64,000 bases of DNA from Azolla caroliniana. Lineage: Eukaryota; Plantae; Polypodiophyta. The DNA is taken from the NCBI GenBank assembly GCA_043228905.1, contig JBHGNT010000014.1, forward strand, positions 13,020,001 through 13,084,000, in the 5' to 3' direction. The translations under genes were made by a program, and so were the position numbers. The notes under the pieces were generated by a model that saw nothing but the letters and a program-made list of their open reading frames with translations, had not been told where the DNA came from and did not search any database. Of this stretch, positions 47,096 to 60,200 are shown in pieces. The stretch's first letter is position 1; each line of letters begins with the position of its first letter.

Positions 47096-49800
47096 TAGGT
47101 TTTGATCAATGGTGCTATGGTGTTTTCGAAAGCCAGCTTGTCCATAAGCTCTCTTACCATTTTTTTAGCCCATACACTTATCTTTGATTACATTATACAT
47201 CCAAATAGTTTTGCCATTAATGAGCGAACCATGATGGTTCGATAGTTGTTTACAATATTTACATCTCCACCTTTATGTAAAGGTTTGATCCAATTTGTAG
47301 TCTAATTCTACGACATACCATGTTGCACAGCATCATTAAACATATCACTTATTGATACATGTTTCCTTTCTCATCCATTTGAGCATTTCAGCCTTTATAC
47401 ATTGAAGATCGCTTGCCGTTCGAGAGGCCAATTTCTTGAGTCCTATGCATATATCTTCAATTGTAAAGAAGGGAGACATATGTGAAAGAGAACCATAACA
47501 CATCATCTTTCTGGCAAGAGGTAATTCATATAAATTCTTACAATGCATAGACAAGTCGTGAAGAGTTAAGTCACCATAACTGTTAACACGTTTCCCCTTT
47601 AGATTTCCCCAAAATTTAGCACATGCATGTGCTTTCTCTTGCGTTTGGATAAATTGTTGCGTAACTTCCCATATTCTTCTCTTTCTTTGAATAAGCCTTT
47701 TATACTCATGCAAATGCTTTTGGTAATTCTCTTTATCCTTAACTACATCCAAAACCATAAGGCACTTTCGAGCTTCACGACATTCTTTATGAAACCATTT
47801 TTTCCCATGTTTCTTGGTGCATTTCCAAGATGTGCAGTTCGTTGAAAAACATTTGTTTGTACAGGAGAGAATGACTTTCTTGAAAGCTTCCCATTTGCAT
47901 TCTAGTGTGGCACCATGTTGTATCTTTGTCATTTGTAACATATCCTCAACCATCTTGGAATACATGGGCGCTTGCTTAAGGTTCATCCTCAAGTGTTGTT
48001 GTTTATTATCTTCAATCGCCTTCTCACAATCAAGCCTATGCTTACATTTGCTCAAGGCCTATGATTGGATTCCGGTGTCCATTCACCAAGTGAGAATTTA
48101 TGTATACGATCCAAAATACCTTAAGAAATTAGCATATAGTCAATCACACTATTTCCGTTGTGTTTTCTAAATGTAAAACCATTAGTGTTGGGCCATAAGG
48201 AAATACCATTTGCAATAAGCAATCCCGTATTATGGCATATTTGTAGGAGTAACTTCCCAAATTGGTCCGGATCTTTTTCATCGCTACAAGAGCGGCTATT
48301 CATTTGCATATCCTCTTGCAATGTGGCATGAAAGATTCTTGTGAATCAAGTTGAAAACTTCTTGTATGAGCATTCATGTCACCAAAGACAATAACTTCCC
48401 CTTTGGATTTGAAATAAGCAATATCATCTTCTAGATTGGCAAAAGGTTGATCTTTATCCAAACAAGCATAAAAGTTAGAATCTTGATGAGGAATGTAACA
48501 TCCAACTACAAAACTGGGAAAATCATTAGGTGTTTCTATTTTGAACCATATGTAGCATTTATGTTCATCATTTTTTATGATTGACACATATTTCTCTATT
48601 TCCTTCTTAATCAAACATGCCACCCCTCCTTATCCTCTTCTTTGTCTTGGATTTTTCTTCCATATCAAAGAGTGTACATTATAGTTTCCTAAACCTTGAA
48701 TCCTTTGAGTATCATGCTCCCATGTTTCAACAAGAAGTGTGATATCTGAGTCATCAGTGAGCTCCTCTATGCCAAATCCCGCATTCCAATGGTATCCATT
48801 GCAATTCCAAAAGCATAGTCATAAAAGGCGTGGGTTAGGCTCATAGGTCACATGTCCCTATTTGCCTACATTTCCATCTTTAGGCACATCCTTAACTTTA
48901 TTTTTCAATCTTTCTTCATATGCTTTATGATGAGCATTTTGTTGTGAGATAGTAAGATCTTCACTCACAAAGTATTCCATACCTTTGAGGTATACCCAAC
49001 TATTTTCGAGTATGATCCGCCGCTTTGTATCATTTGTCATTGGGCATACAATAGGCAAGTTTCTCGGGAGTGAGTAACACCATGTTTCCCAACTCGGTGT
49101 GCCCCATATACATTCACATCTGACATCCCATAATCCATGCTAAAAAATTCATTAATGGCCTTTCCAAGGGATGTGGGTGTTTCCATACTCTCTTCTTTAA
49201 TCCCACGGATGACAATGTTCTTTGATATTCATTAACGTTCTTTCAATTCTCGGACATCTATGCTTTCTATATTCTTCTCTTAATGCATCACATGCATATT
49301 AGATGAATTTGATACCACATCCCCACCACATACATCGGCCCATGACTTCGTTGTACATACATTTTTCATCTCACTTACATCCCGCCTCATCGTGTCCACT
49401 TTTTCTTCTTTTAATGCTTCCTTTAACTCAATCTTGTTAAGGCGCTCATTTGTTTCAAAAGAAGATCTTTTACATTCTTGAATCTCTTCTTCAAGTTCTG
49501 CAACCACTTGCTTAAAACTTTTATTCTCAATGACAACAATTTGGAGCTTAACGTTCTCTTTCATTAACATCCTAATCTCTTCACCTTGCTTGTTTATGGT
49601 TTCTTAAAGAGAAACCAAGTAAGTCATAAGCATTTTGTCCATTGCATTGGAATCGAGATTTGTTGGTGATCTCGGCTCATTATCAATCATACCCCCGAAC
49701 TTTGTGGCGGCTTTACAAGTGTTTGCCATTGTAGGGACAAACCCTACGGGAAGAGAGAGAGAAAGGGAGGGAGGGAGAGAGAATGTACCTTTCACTCAAT
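47096..49800 (-). mobile_element. Decayed non-LTR retrotransposon (ORF1 plus APE endonuclease and RT N-terminus), 3' truncated
   Basis: ORF1 coiled coil and RRM-like FVSEDLT; endonuclease FWNCNG, LVETWE, FGDMNAHT, NSVIDY; RT start KPLHKGGDVNIVNNYRTI. Confidence 0.8.
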
Positions 49801-49981
49801 TTAGGGCTTCAAAATCTACCTTGTGTTTGAGGAACCGTGAGGTAAAGATGGTTGTGGATGAAAATTCTCGTAACTTCTCTCCATAGTAATAGAATTCAGT
49901 AAATGAACATTCTTTAGAAAGCTCTTTGGAAGAGCTTTCCAACGAGCTATAGAACGTAGAAAACAATGGCCGGAGTGAACT

Positions 49982-49987
<6 letters not shown>

Positions 49988-50027
<40 letters not shown>

Positions 50028-50078
50028 GACAGCTCGGCACTCAAACCGATACCCTTCATCCTCCTAATCCCCTTCGAT

Positions 50079-50117
<39 letters not shown>

Positions 50118-50190
50118 GATAGCTCGGCACTCAAACCGATACCCTTCATCCTCCTAATCCCCTTGGATCAAGAGAGAGAGAGAGAGAGAA
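49988..50190. repeat. (GA)n microsatellites within an ~80-bp tandem duplication
   Basis: AGCTCGGCACTCAAACCGATACCCTTCATCCTCCTAATCCCCTT twice, separated by GA runs. Confidence 0.85.
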
Positions 50191-50414
50191 GTAAAAAAAA
50201 AGTAAAGTAAAGTAAAAAATAAGGAACACGTATTTTTCCCTTTTCAAGCATTTGAATGCTTCCACAAACATGTTTATTATGTTAAATGAATGTAAGCATA
50301 GAACGTAATATTCGTGTTCATGCAAGCATTCAAATGTTTGAAAACAAACACATTTGAAAAGGGAAAAATGCATGCTCCTTTTTTGTTCTTTTTTTTCATT
50401 TAATTGTTATTACA

Positions 50415-50875
50415 AATTCAGCTCACGTTAGTGGTAAGGAGTCATGCTATTGTGTCTATGTCTTGGGTTCGATTCCCAATTTCTTCATCTCTCTCTCTCT
50501 TGTTAGCACCATGTCATAGCAAAATTTTATCTTAGTGTTATATTAGTTTTTTTCCCTCATTATTAGAAATAAGCTTAACCTAGTGGTAAGGTGCTATATT
50601 ATTATTGCTTGTGTCTTGGGTTTAACTCCCAACTTTTTCATATCTTCTTGTTAGTGTCATGGAAATTTTTTATGTTAGTGTCATGTTCCTTTTTTTTTCC
50701 ATTGTTATTAGAAATTAGCTCACCCTAGTGGTAGGTTGTTATGCTACTATTGCCTAGGTCATGGCAAAATTTTATGTTAGTGTCATGTTCCTTTTTTTTA
50801 TTTTTCTATCATTCTTTGTTATTAGAAATTAGCTCACCCTAGTGGTAAGTTGTTATGCTATAACTACCTATGTCA
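50415..50875 (+). repeat. Four tandem tRNA-derived (SINE-head-like) units
   Basis: AGCTCA..TAGTGGTAAG A-box-like heads at ~50420, 50571, 50717, 50830; B box GGGTTCGATTCCC at 50465-50477, decayed or absent in the others. Confidence 0.55.
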
Positions 50876-51044
50876 TGTTTTCTTCATATTCTTGAATATA
50901 CGTTTTATGAGTTTTTGAACGTTTGATTATAATTTATAATGACATATTTTGATTCAGTCTCTATAGTTCATACTCATTTTTTTGTAAAGTTCTAAAGTGA
51001 GGATGATAGAGATGTCTTGATTCTTAAGAAGCATCCCAAAGGTA

Positions 51045-51125
51045 TGCATGTGATACAATGCAAATATTGCAACCATACTTATGTTGGTGGTTCGCAATGG
51101 ATTAGAGTCCACTTATTGGGATTGA
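51045..51125 (+). pseudogene. BED zinc-finger fragment (hAT-like)
   Basis: VIQCKYCNHTYVGGSQWIRVHLLG. Confidence 0.55.
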
Positions 51126-51384
51126 GAGTGAATCAATATATAATATAGACCATAGTCAATACAATCCACTTATTGGGATTGAGACCATAGTGCATTCTCT
51201 ACGGTTTGCTTGAATGCACCTAGTGAAGGGGGAAATGGAAAGACCCACCAATATGGATTATAAAAAGACTAGAATGAAATAGACTAGTTGGTAGCATTGC
51301 TAATGCAACTATACTCAATGGAGAATCTCATGGTCAATTTTTTCCCAAGAACACCTATATGCATGAAGAGTTTACCTAAGATCA

Positions 51385-51480
51385 CAAATGGATAGATTCA
51401 AAAGGTTGAATATTCGGGCCTTCCCAACCAATGCTTTTCATGTGGTGCAGTGGGTCATTTAGCTAAAGATTGTGAGGTTA
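51385..51480 (+). pseudogene. L1-type ORF1 zinc-knuckle fragment
   Basis: KVEYSGLPNQCFSCGAVGHLAKDCE. Confidence 0.6.
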
Positions 51481-52141
51481 AAAACGACACTAGTCAACAT
51501 AAGAGCCCAACCATGCAAGAGGATAGTTAGGTAAAGGTGCGAAGAGGTAAACATAGTTTTGCAACTATGGATTCTATGCAAAAGAAATGGTTGCCTACGG
51601 GTAATAATTTTATATTGCTTTCTATTCTGAATGCGGAGAAGGAACAAAATCATCTGGAAGGTGAGGGTGTGGTCCATCTTCTGCTAATTTTTTCGAAAAT
51701 GTTATCGATAGGGATTTGCAATTAATCCTACTTGTATGTCATGATGATCCTCTGCATGAGGATAACAATAAGGTAGTGGAGCAAAGTCTCATGATCACTA
51801 ACCTAGAGACTACAAAGGAGTCTCTATGGTTGTTTCCTAAGGTGATAGACTTGCAATAAGATGTTAGGATGCATCTAGAATTGAAAGGTTGTATGATGAG
51901 ATCAAGATCTAAGAGCATGGTTGTCATTGGTGGTAGTGCATGTGTAAATCATGAGGAAGAACATACTAGATTGAGCATACATAAGTCTATTGTAAACAAA
52001 TCCACTAATAAGATGGTTGCTAAAGGCTTGAGAATTTCGACACAAGCATGTAAGCTAAAGAAACCTTCAAGGGAGAATAAAAGTAAGGTTAAACAACAAT
52101 TATCATTAACATATGGATAATTTTTCGCTGCTATCAAGGAA

Positions 52142-53192
52142 TGTGCAACGTCTAGGAGGTGTTCTATATAGTAGAAGATTCAAGGGTAGAATACGTAGGG
52201 AGCTTCATACATTTCTGGTTGGAAGAACACGAACAGAAGTGGAGGTTCGTACACATACACCAAAAAGATAACACAGGATATTTACGTGGAAAACCCTAAA
52301 CGAGAAAAACCACAGGAGCCCACAGACTCCAACTATCACTATGGAGGGAGGAATACAAATAGTGACTCTGAGGCAACGACCTTGAGCTTTGTATCATCAC
52401 CAAACGACGGTTACAAAATAGAAAAAAAGTTCTGTATCTGTGTGTGTGTGTGTACAATGATGATACAACTAATAACAAACCCCCACAAAAGTGATTGCCC
52501 TAAGTCATATTTAAACTTAGATGACTTTTGGGCTATTTACAAATATAGCCTTAGTGGGCTATCCTAACATATTTACAAATATGTCCTTAGATCCGGTTCG
52601 CACCGGATCCGTCCTGGATCCGATTTCTATATCCGGTTTGTCCAATCCAGTACCTCCGGTTCTCAACCGGATCCCATCTAGAGTGACCGAATTCCCAACA
52701 AGCTCCCCCGTCACTCTGGCATGGGATGTCTCATTAGTCCGGTTCACCTTCGACACGCGTCCAACTTATCGGTTGTCAGCACCTTCGTTAGCATGTTCGA
52801 CCAGTTCTCCTTCGTTTGAACCTGCATCAGCACAAAGTCTTTGTCCTCTAATCTCTCCCGAATCCAGTGGTACCTACGCTGGATGTGTTTTGTTCTGGAG
52901 TAGTATGTCGTATTCTCTGCAAGGTGGATGACACTTTGATTGTCGAAGTAGAGCCGGTATTCCTCCTATCGGATCCCTAGCTCTCCGATGAAGTCCTTCA
53001 TCTAGATTTCTTCATTGCCGGCTTCCATAGCTGCCATATACTCTGCTTCTGTTGTTGACAGGGAAACGGACTTTTGCAGCCTCGACTGCCACGATACGGC
53101 TCCCCCTGCATATGTCATGACATATCCGGATGTGGATCGACTGGTATCCGAATCAGTCAACATATCCAAATCTGAGCCGAACTGGAGGCACA
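52142..53192 (-). mobile_element. Truncated copia of the Tnt1-like family: 3' LTR ~52142-52700, PPT, RNase H
   Basis: LTR ends ATTCCCAACA followed by AGCTCCCCC; TSRSTSGYVMTYAGGAVSWQSRLQ; LTR blocks similar to 10611-11228. Confidence 0.85.
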
Positions 53193-53790
53193 TGGTGGCC
53201 AAATTTGTACCCACATTATTAACACTCCTGTTTTGTTGATTACTATAGTAGTTATAATAAGCACCCAGCTAGTTCGGTTCTCTGTGCTAGCTCAAGTAAC
53301 AGGTTCATAATTGTGCACACACACACTCATTTCTTTGTAATTCATGGAATCATTTGTTTGATTACTAAAGATCATATGCCATGGTTGATTGCTAAATATC
53401 ATATGCCAGACTAATTCATGAAATTTATATTGCACCCAGGTTTCTTGAGTATAGATTGTGGATTGTCAAACATGACAAATTATACAAACCCATCGACCCA
53501 AATCCAATGGACATCTGATGCCGCCCATTGGCCAGACATTGAAAACTGGTCAGCCACCATCTTTGTAAGCCCACCTTCAAGCATGGTAAACCAGAAGCAA
53601 TACGCCACTCTACGATATTTCCCCCAAAATAAAGCCCTGAACCAGAGCAAATTCTGCAACAATCTGCCGGCCATAGGAGGCAACTATTACTTGATTTGCG
53701 CCACCTTCTGGCTAGGGCTAACTACATTATATAAGACACATGATAGTGCACAAATCAGGTTTCGGGTGATCGTAGATACGTACAAAGGCG
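53193..53790 (+). pseudogene. Truncated duplicate 1 of the malectin-LRR-RLK (exon 1 lacking start, part of exon 2)
   Basis: [21 protein letters not shown] homologous to 57484-57835; 5' end replaced by copia. Confidence 0.85.
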
Positions 53791-54269
53791 TGAAGCCATT
53801 CTACTTCTGGCATCTGTTTAAATTGAATCTAGGATCTCAGTGATGTTGCTAGCCCATTATCAAGTTTTCCCCAAGCAAGACAGGCCCAATACATTTCCAA
53901 CAGAATCCTAGACGAGAGAATTAGCTAATAGCGGTCGATTGATCCAACCATCCCATGTGTCAGGCATTTGTTTGTGTAAGAAAATCTTGATTGCATCCCA
54001 TGCTCTGACAATTCCCTGGAGAAATCTATTGGATGTGAGATAAGTTGATAATAATGTTCGTCATCCCATTCATTCATCAACTTAATCTCCCACAATCTAA
54101 ACAAGCCTAACCTCCCACTCATAGCACAAGCACAAGCTCTTATTACTAAAGACTCATTCCATTTCCTTTTTACCATGCCCCTACCCTATAGTTCAACCTT
54201 CTTTATATTTCAATTGAACTTGTTTCGTCCCATGTGATACCCACATCACAACACCCTAACTAAAACTTA

Positions 54270-55755
54270 CAAGATGTAGCAATGAAATGACACCATGACT
54301 AAAAGTGACAAAAGATCTGGCTATGAAACCGAAACTAGTTTCACATGATGAGATTTAGATGTTGACTTGAAGAAATCTCTTAGTTACGAGTAAAATGCAA
54401 ATGCCCAACCCGTTATTCAATGCTCGGTGCAAAATATTTGTGCTTTTAATTATGAGATACACAGAAAATGGAATTGGAAATCCCTGTATGGTTAGGGTAC
54501 AGCTAATTCCTACAGCACTGGGTAAATTCATGAGTAAGTCAAGGTGGTAGAGAAGACTATGGTAGCATGTCTAAAGATAAGAAACCCTGTAGCTTTCTTC
54601 ACTTTTCGATCAAATGTATAGAATGCGGATTTGTTGTGGCCAAGAATCGGGCGAAGTACAGACAGAAGCCTCCATCTTTTCCGCATTCAGCGAAGACTTT
54701 ACTGTTTTTATATATAATCTCTTTGAGTCAATGCCAGATGGTGGAGAGACGTGGCCCAATGTCTGCCAAACACTGTTGTCACCAGTCCTAATTACAAGCC
54801 AGTCAAGGAAGATTTTGAATACTGAGGCAGTCATCACGAATCTCTAGACGAAGGCGTGTCATGCAAAAATCCCACACGTTTTTGGAGCTTTTTGTGCTCG
54901 AAATGCCCCTAATTATCTGATTGATGCTGATTCAATAATCCCCAGTTCTCCATCAAAGATGTGGTACTTAATCAATTAGGGTGGAACCTGTTTCATCAGC
55001 CAGCTTCAGTTTTTTGGGATGTAAAGAAACCCTAGTTTTTTAGCAGAGGAATATTATACTTAGCAATGAAGATTTTACGAGTAAAACATATAAATGCTTC
55101 ACTTCTCACGATGGGGATGGAGACTTTTGTAGCACAGCCATTCTAATCTCCTAATGAAGAAATAAGCACGTCGAGGTTTAATCTAGGATCCAAGGCATTA
55201 GAGAAGTGGATTAGCCCCTGATTCTCGTACCTAATATCTAACATCATAACTTGCATTTATAATTATTCATCACCAGAAATGGGGACGCTTCCTGGTGGCC
55301 AAATTTGTACCCACATTATTAACACTCCTGTTTTGTTGATTACTATAGTAGTTATAATAAGCACCCAACTAGTCCGGTTCTCTGTGGTATCTCAAGTACC
55401 AGGTTCGTAACTGCGTAATTCATGGAATCATATGTTCGATTACTGAGGATCATATGCCATGGTTGATTGCTGAATATCATATGCCAGACTAATTCATGAA
55501 ATTTATATTGCACCTAGGTTTCTTGAGTATAGATTGTGGATTGTCAGACACGACAAATTATACAGACCCATCGACCCAGATCCAGTGGACGTCTGATGCC
55601 GCCCGTTGGCCGGACATTGGAAACTGGTCAGCCACCGCCGCCGTAAGCCCACCTACAAGCATGGCAGACCAGAAGCAGTACGCCACTCTGCGCTATTTCC
55701 CCAAAATAAAGCCCTGAACCAGAGCAAATTGTGCTACAATCTGCCGGCCATAGGA
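54270..55755 (+). pseudogene. Truncated duplicate 2 of the RLK including ~1 kb upstream region
   Basis: 54270-55278 aligns to ~56375-57246; ATG 55279; exon 2 frameshifted near 55700 and fused to a copia fragment. Confidence 0.85.
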
Positions 55756-56218
55756 GACTTAATTGAAGAGAAGAAGCTAGATTTGAAGTATGCGTCTAAA
55801 ACACTAATGCAGGCTGATTTTCTAACAAAGCCAATACCTCAAACAAAGCATGCCGCTTGCTGCCAAATGATTGGTCTAACAATGCCAAACAATTCTTCGA
55901 ACGACCATATGTTTGAATAAAATAATATTTAGCTTAAAGGGGGGCTGTGGAAATATTTAATCTAAATATTATATTATTATTATTATTATTAAAAATAAGT
56001 AATTACGAAGAGTTATTTATTATTAGACTTTAGAGAAAACTCTTCGTTGAAGAGACATAACTTTTTGTCCATCGGCTCTACAAACAAGTCATTTGGCTAA
56101 TGGAACAAAAAACACAATCAATATAGAACAAATTTATGTATGTGTGATCTCTCTCTCTAGCAATCATTCTCTAGCACATTAGCTTACTCTTTAACTGCGT
56201 ACTAAGATTTTTAAAACA
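55756..56218 (+). mobile_element. Copia 3' fragment (RNase H end, PPT, LTR)
   Basis: MQADFLTKPI; AAAGGGGGGC then TGTGGAAAT at 55946; right end approximate. Confidence 0.7.
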
Positions 56219-57246
56219 CACTTAGGGTATGGCAACTCACGTTGATTGCTTCACAGTTTGAATGTTTGCCCCTTGCACCCTAAGTATCTCATGTGCTCCT
56301 GCATCATCCCCCCTTCATGGCTAGATCTATTCAAATTATGCGGATGAGGTGTTGTGAGAACAAAATACCCAGGATCACTAGCATGAAATCATTGCCGTAA
56401 CTAAAACTCACAAGATCTGGCAATGAAACTCGTTTCACATGATGAGATATAACCCTGATCTGGAATTAATCTCTTAATTACAGAAACTCTGAACGGTCGT
56501 TGAATTTCGATCAAATCCATAGAATGCGGACTTGTGGCCAAAGACTTTTGGAAATATGGACAAAATCCTCCATGTTATCCGCATTCAGCGAAGACTTTAG
56601 TAAAGAAAGACATGGTTTTTTATATGAGAGTTTTTTTTTGGAGTCAATGCCTGATAGTGGAGAGTCATTCCCTGCCAAATAGTTGCCAAGTCTTCTTCTT
56701 TATTTTCCAAACCACCTCTTAATAACAAGCCAGTAAAGGAAGACTTAGATACTGAGGCAGAGATCACAAATAAAGGAAGACTTCCAGAAATCCCACACAT
56801 TTTTGAGTTTTTTGTCCTCTGATTGTTGATTCAATTATCCCTGCCAAATAGTTGCCACGTCTGTTTTTTTTCTGATTGCTGACTCAATTATCTCCTGTTC
56901 TCCATCATAAAAAATGTGGTACTTGATTAATTAGGGTGGGACCTGCTTCATCAGCCAGCTTCAGTATTTGGGGATGTAAACAAACAATTATTTTTTTAAC
57001 ACAAGAATAGACATACTGAAGGAACTGTTTACCAATCAAACATAAATAAAATCGGGAGTAGTTCTCTATAGTCGAATGCCTCTATTAGACACAGACCATC
57101 AGACAATCTAATCTCCTAATGAAGAAATATGCACGGAATGTAATGGAATCTATAATCCAACGCATTAGAGAACTGGATTAACCCCTAGATCTCATAACTA
57201 ATACCTAAGATCATCACTGGCATCGATAGTTAATTCATCACCACAA

Positions 57247-60200
57247 ATGGCAGCGCTTCCTGGTGGCCAAATTTGTATCCGCATCATTAACATTCCTGTT
57301 TTATTGATTACTATTGTTACAATCAGCACCCAGCTAGTCCGCTTCTCCACGGTAGCTCAAGTAACAGGTCTGTATAATTTTACACACACAGACAGACTAA
57401 TGTCTTTGTAATTGATGGAATTGTATGTGATTACCCAAAATCATATGCTGGATCTAATTCATGTAATTTTATATTGCACCCAGGTTTCTTGAGTATAGAT
57501 TGTGGATCGTCAGACACAGCCAACTATACAGACCCATCGACCCAGATCCAGTGGGCGCCTGATGCCGCCCTTTGGCCGGACATTGGAAGTTGGTCAGCCA
57601 CCGCCGTTGTAAGCCCACCTACAAGCATGGCGGACCAGAAGCAGTACACCACTCTGCGCTATTTCCCCCGAAATAAGGCCCTGAACCAGAGCAAATTCTG
57701 CTACAACCTGCCGGCTATAATGGACACCTATTACTTGATTCGCGCCACATTCTGGCTCGGGCAAAGTCAATTGTATGAGACACGGTCTAGCGGGCAAGTC
57801 AGGTTTCGCATGATCGTGGACACATACGAAGGCGTGGAGATCGTAATTAACTTAGGTCAGAGTAATCCATGGTTCGAGGAGATGTATGTGCGTGCGCAGA
57901 GCGGGAGGTCATCCCTGTCCGTGTGCCTGTCGGCTGCATCCGACAGCAGCGACGTGCCGTTCATAAACTCGCTGGAGGTACGGCCGCTTCCGCCGACACT
58001 AACATCAGTGGAGATGATCAGCGCCACCAACATTGCGTTGCGTACGGTCGACCGGGTAGACTTCGGTACCCTGTCCAACAACCCAAACATCATCAGGTTA
58101 GAAAATTCATTCATAGCTTTATCTTCTTCTTCTTGTTAATGAGTGGTTCTTTTTATGGTCAATAGAAAGAGCTTAGCTTCACTTCATCTTATGTACGGTT
58201 CCCCATGAATGTTCGGTCAGGTATCCGGATGACTCTCTCGATAGGTTATGGTGGACCACTACGACACAACCGAGTTTCACTAACATAAGTAGCCAACCCG
58301 TTACCGTCGACATCCTTCGTGATCTTCCCCCACAGGCTGTACTCCAGACGAATTTTGTCGCTGCCAATGTCGGATACTACTACAATGTAAGTAGTCCGGA
58401 CGTGTTGACGACTAGCACTGTTGCCGGCAAACACATGTATTACATGGCGTTTTGGTTCGCCGAACTCGATCCACGTGTAGATGCTCCTGGGCTACGAGTG
58501 TTCAACCTCAGCAGCAATGGCTACCTACTCAAAAGTGGCATCGACATCTTCGCACGCATGAATGGCTTGTATATCGGGTATCAGATCTACACAGCTGACC
58601 CTCATGGGCCTTATGAAGACAATGTCTTGATTGAGGCATATACCGCACCCAGCTCATTATACCCTGCTTCGATTGCCGGAGCCGAGATCTTGCAGCTGTT
58701 CGATAACCCCATGAATGCCACCACCCCCACCTCCTCCTTGGACGGTACCAATTGCATTTCGTAATGTTCTGAAAGGTTGCATGTTATATGTTTCAATATA
58801 ACTTGTTTAAAAGATCATACAACTATGTCATATGAATGGTAGTGGGTAAATGTCAACCACATGTCTTAGATGTGTGTGCATATAGTGTGAAAGAAAAAGA
58901 AAGAAAGATATATTAACGTCTGCTAAGACCAAATTTGGCTCATGAGACAATTGGCTTAAATACAACCAAAAAAGGGGTGTTTATCCATGTGAAAGCATCA
59001 TTTGTCACATCCATTCAAAACAATATATCATGCCATATTTGAGACTGTAGTGAAGTGTGAGAGGGTTTTCATGTGTGCGTTTACACTCAACACACTATCA
59101 CGATGTATATTAATACATTGTCTCATGTATTCACTGATCTATAACATCAAATCTTCAATTACATTTTTTTGTGAATCAAATATAGTTACGGCTATCCAAG
59201 ATATCATCGCAACCACATTGCCGAGCCTGCAAAGCTTTATTGGGGACCCATGCTTACCGTTAGGATATAAGTATCCATGGATTGATTGTGATTATACAAC
59301 CCAATCTCTACCTAGAGTAACATCTATGTGTGTATTTGATTAAAATTACTTGTCATTGTACAAGAAGATATGGGCATTAATTTCAGTGTGCTTTCTTGAT
59401 TAATGTTGAAGGTCGTTATCTAACTATAGTCTAGTAGGGGAAATTCCAAGCAGCATCAATAACTTGGATCAAATTGTAACACTGTAAGAAGATCTTGATC
59501 ATGGCTTCTAAGACCTTCCGTGGATATTATAAATATTGCAAGCATTTCTCTTTCCATAGAACTATCTGAGTCGTTGACCTTTATGCCATTACACCTGTAG
59601 GGACTTAAGCAATAACAAATTGAGCGGACCAATCCCTGATTCTCTTTCGAATTTACCCAAACTAACTTACCTGTAAGTATCTCTACATCGACCTATTACC
59701 AAATATACTTTATAGAATGAATACTAAAAACAGTTGGAATATCATGAAATGTTTTTCTAGTAACTTAGCAAACAACAACTTTAGTGGGACGATACCAGCA
59801 AGCCTCCTCCAAAAACAGGGCCTTGTTTTTAGGTATGTCGATTCTTCCAAATATCCCCTAGTCATTCTAGGACTGTGTGGATAAAACCTAATAATCTAAT
59901 TGTCATATAAATAAGAAATGGTGGTGGATAAATACCTAACATATGCATAGAGAAGTGAGTAGTATTTTAAATGCTTAACATGCCTGCCAAAATAGAGTAC
60001 AAATTTGGCTTGATCAATGGATTTGAACCTAAACGGAGAGAAGCCAGTCAGAATATGGTGAGATTTAGTGTTTCTAGCATACATGTAAATTAATCCACTT
60101 GTATGATTTTTGGACTCTTGACACAAAGTGCCAGATGGAGAAGGTTTGACGATATTGGGCATTAAAATGTTGATGAATAGTTAAAGAGCCCTTATGCTTG

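Noticed and set aside
54600-54900. Conserved block repeated at ~56500-56810 as a possible small gene
   Set aside because: Frames are not preserved between copies and no domain recognised; explained by the RLK upstream duplication.
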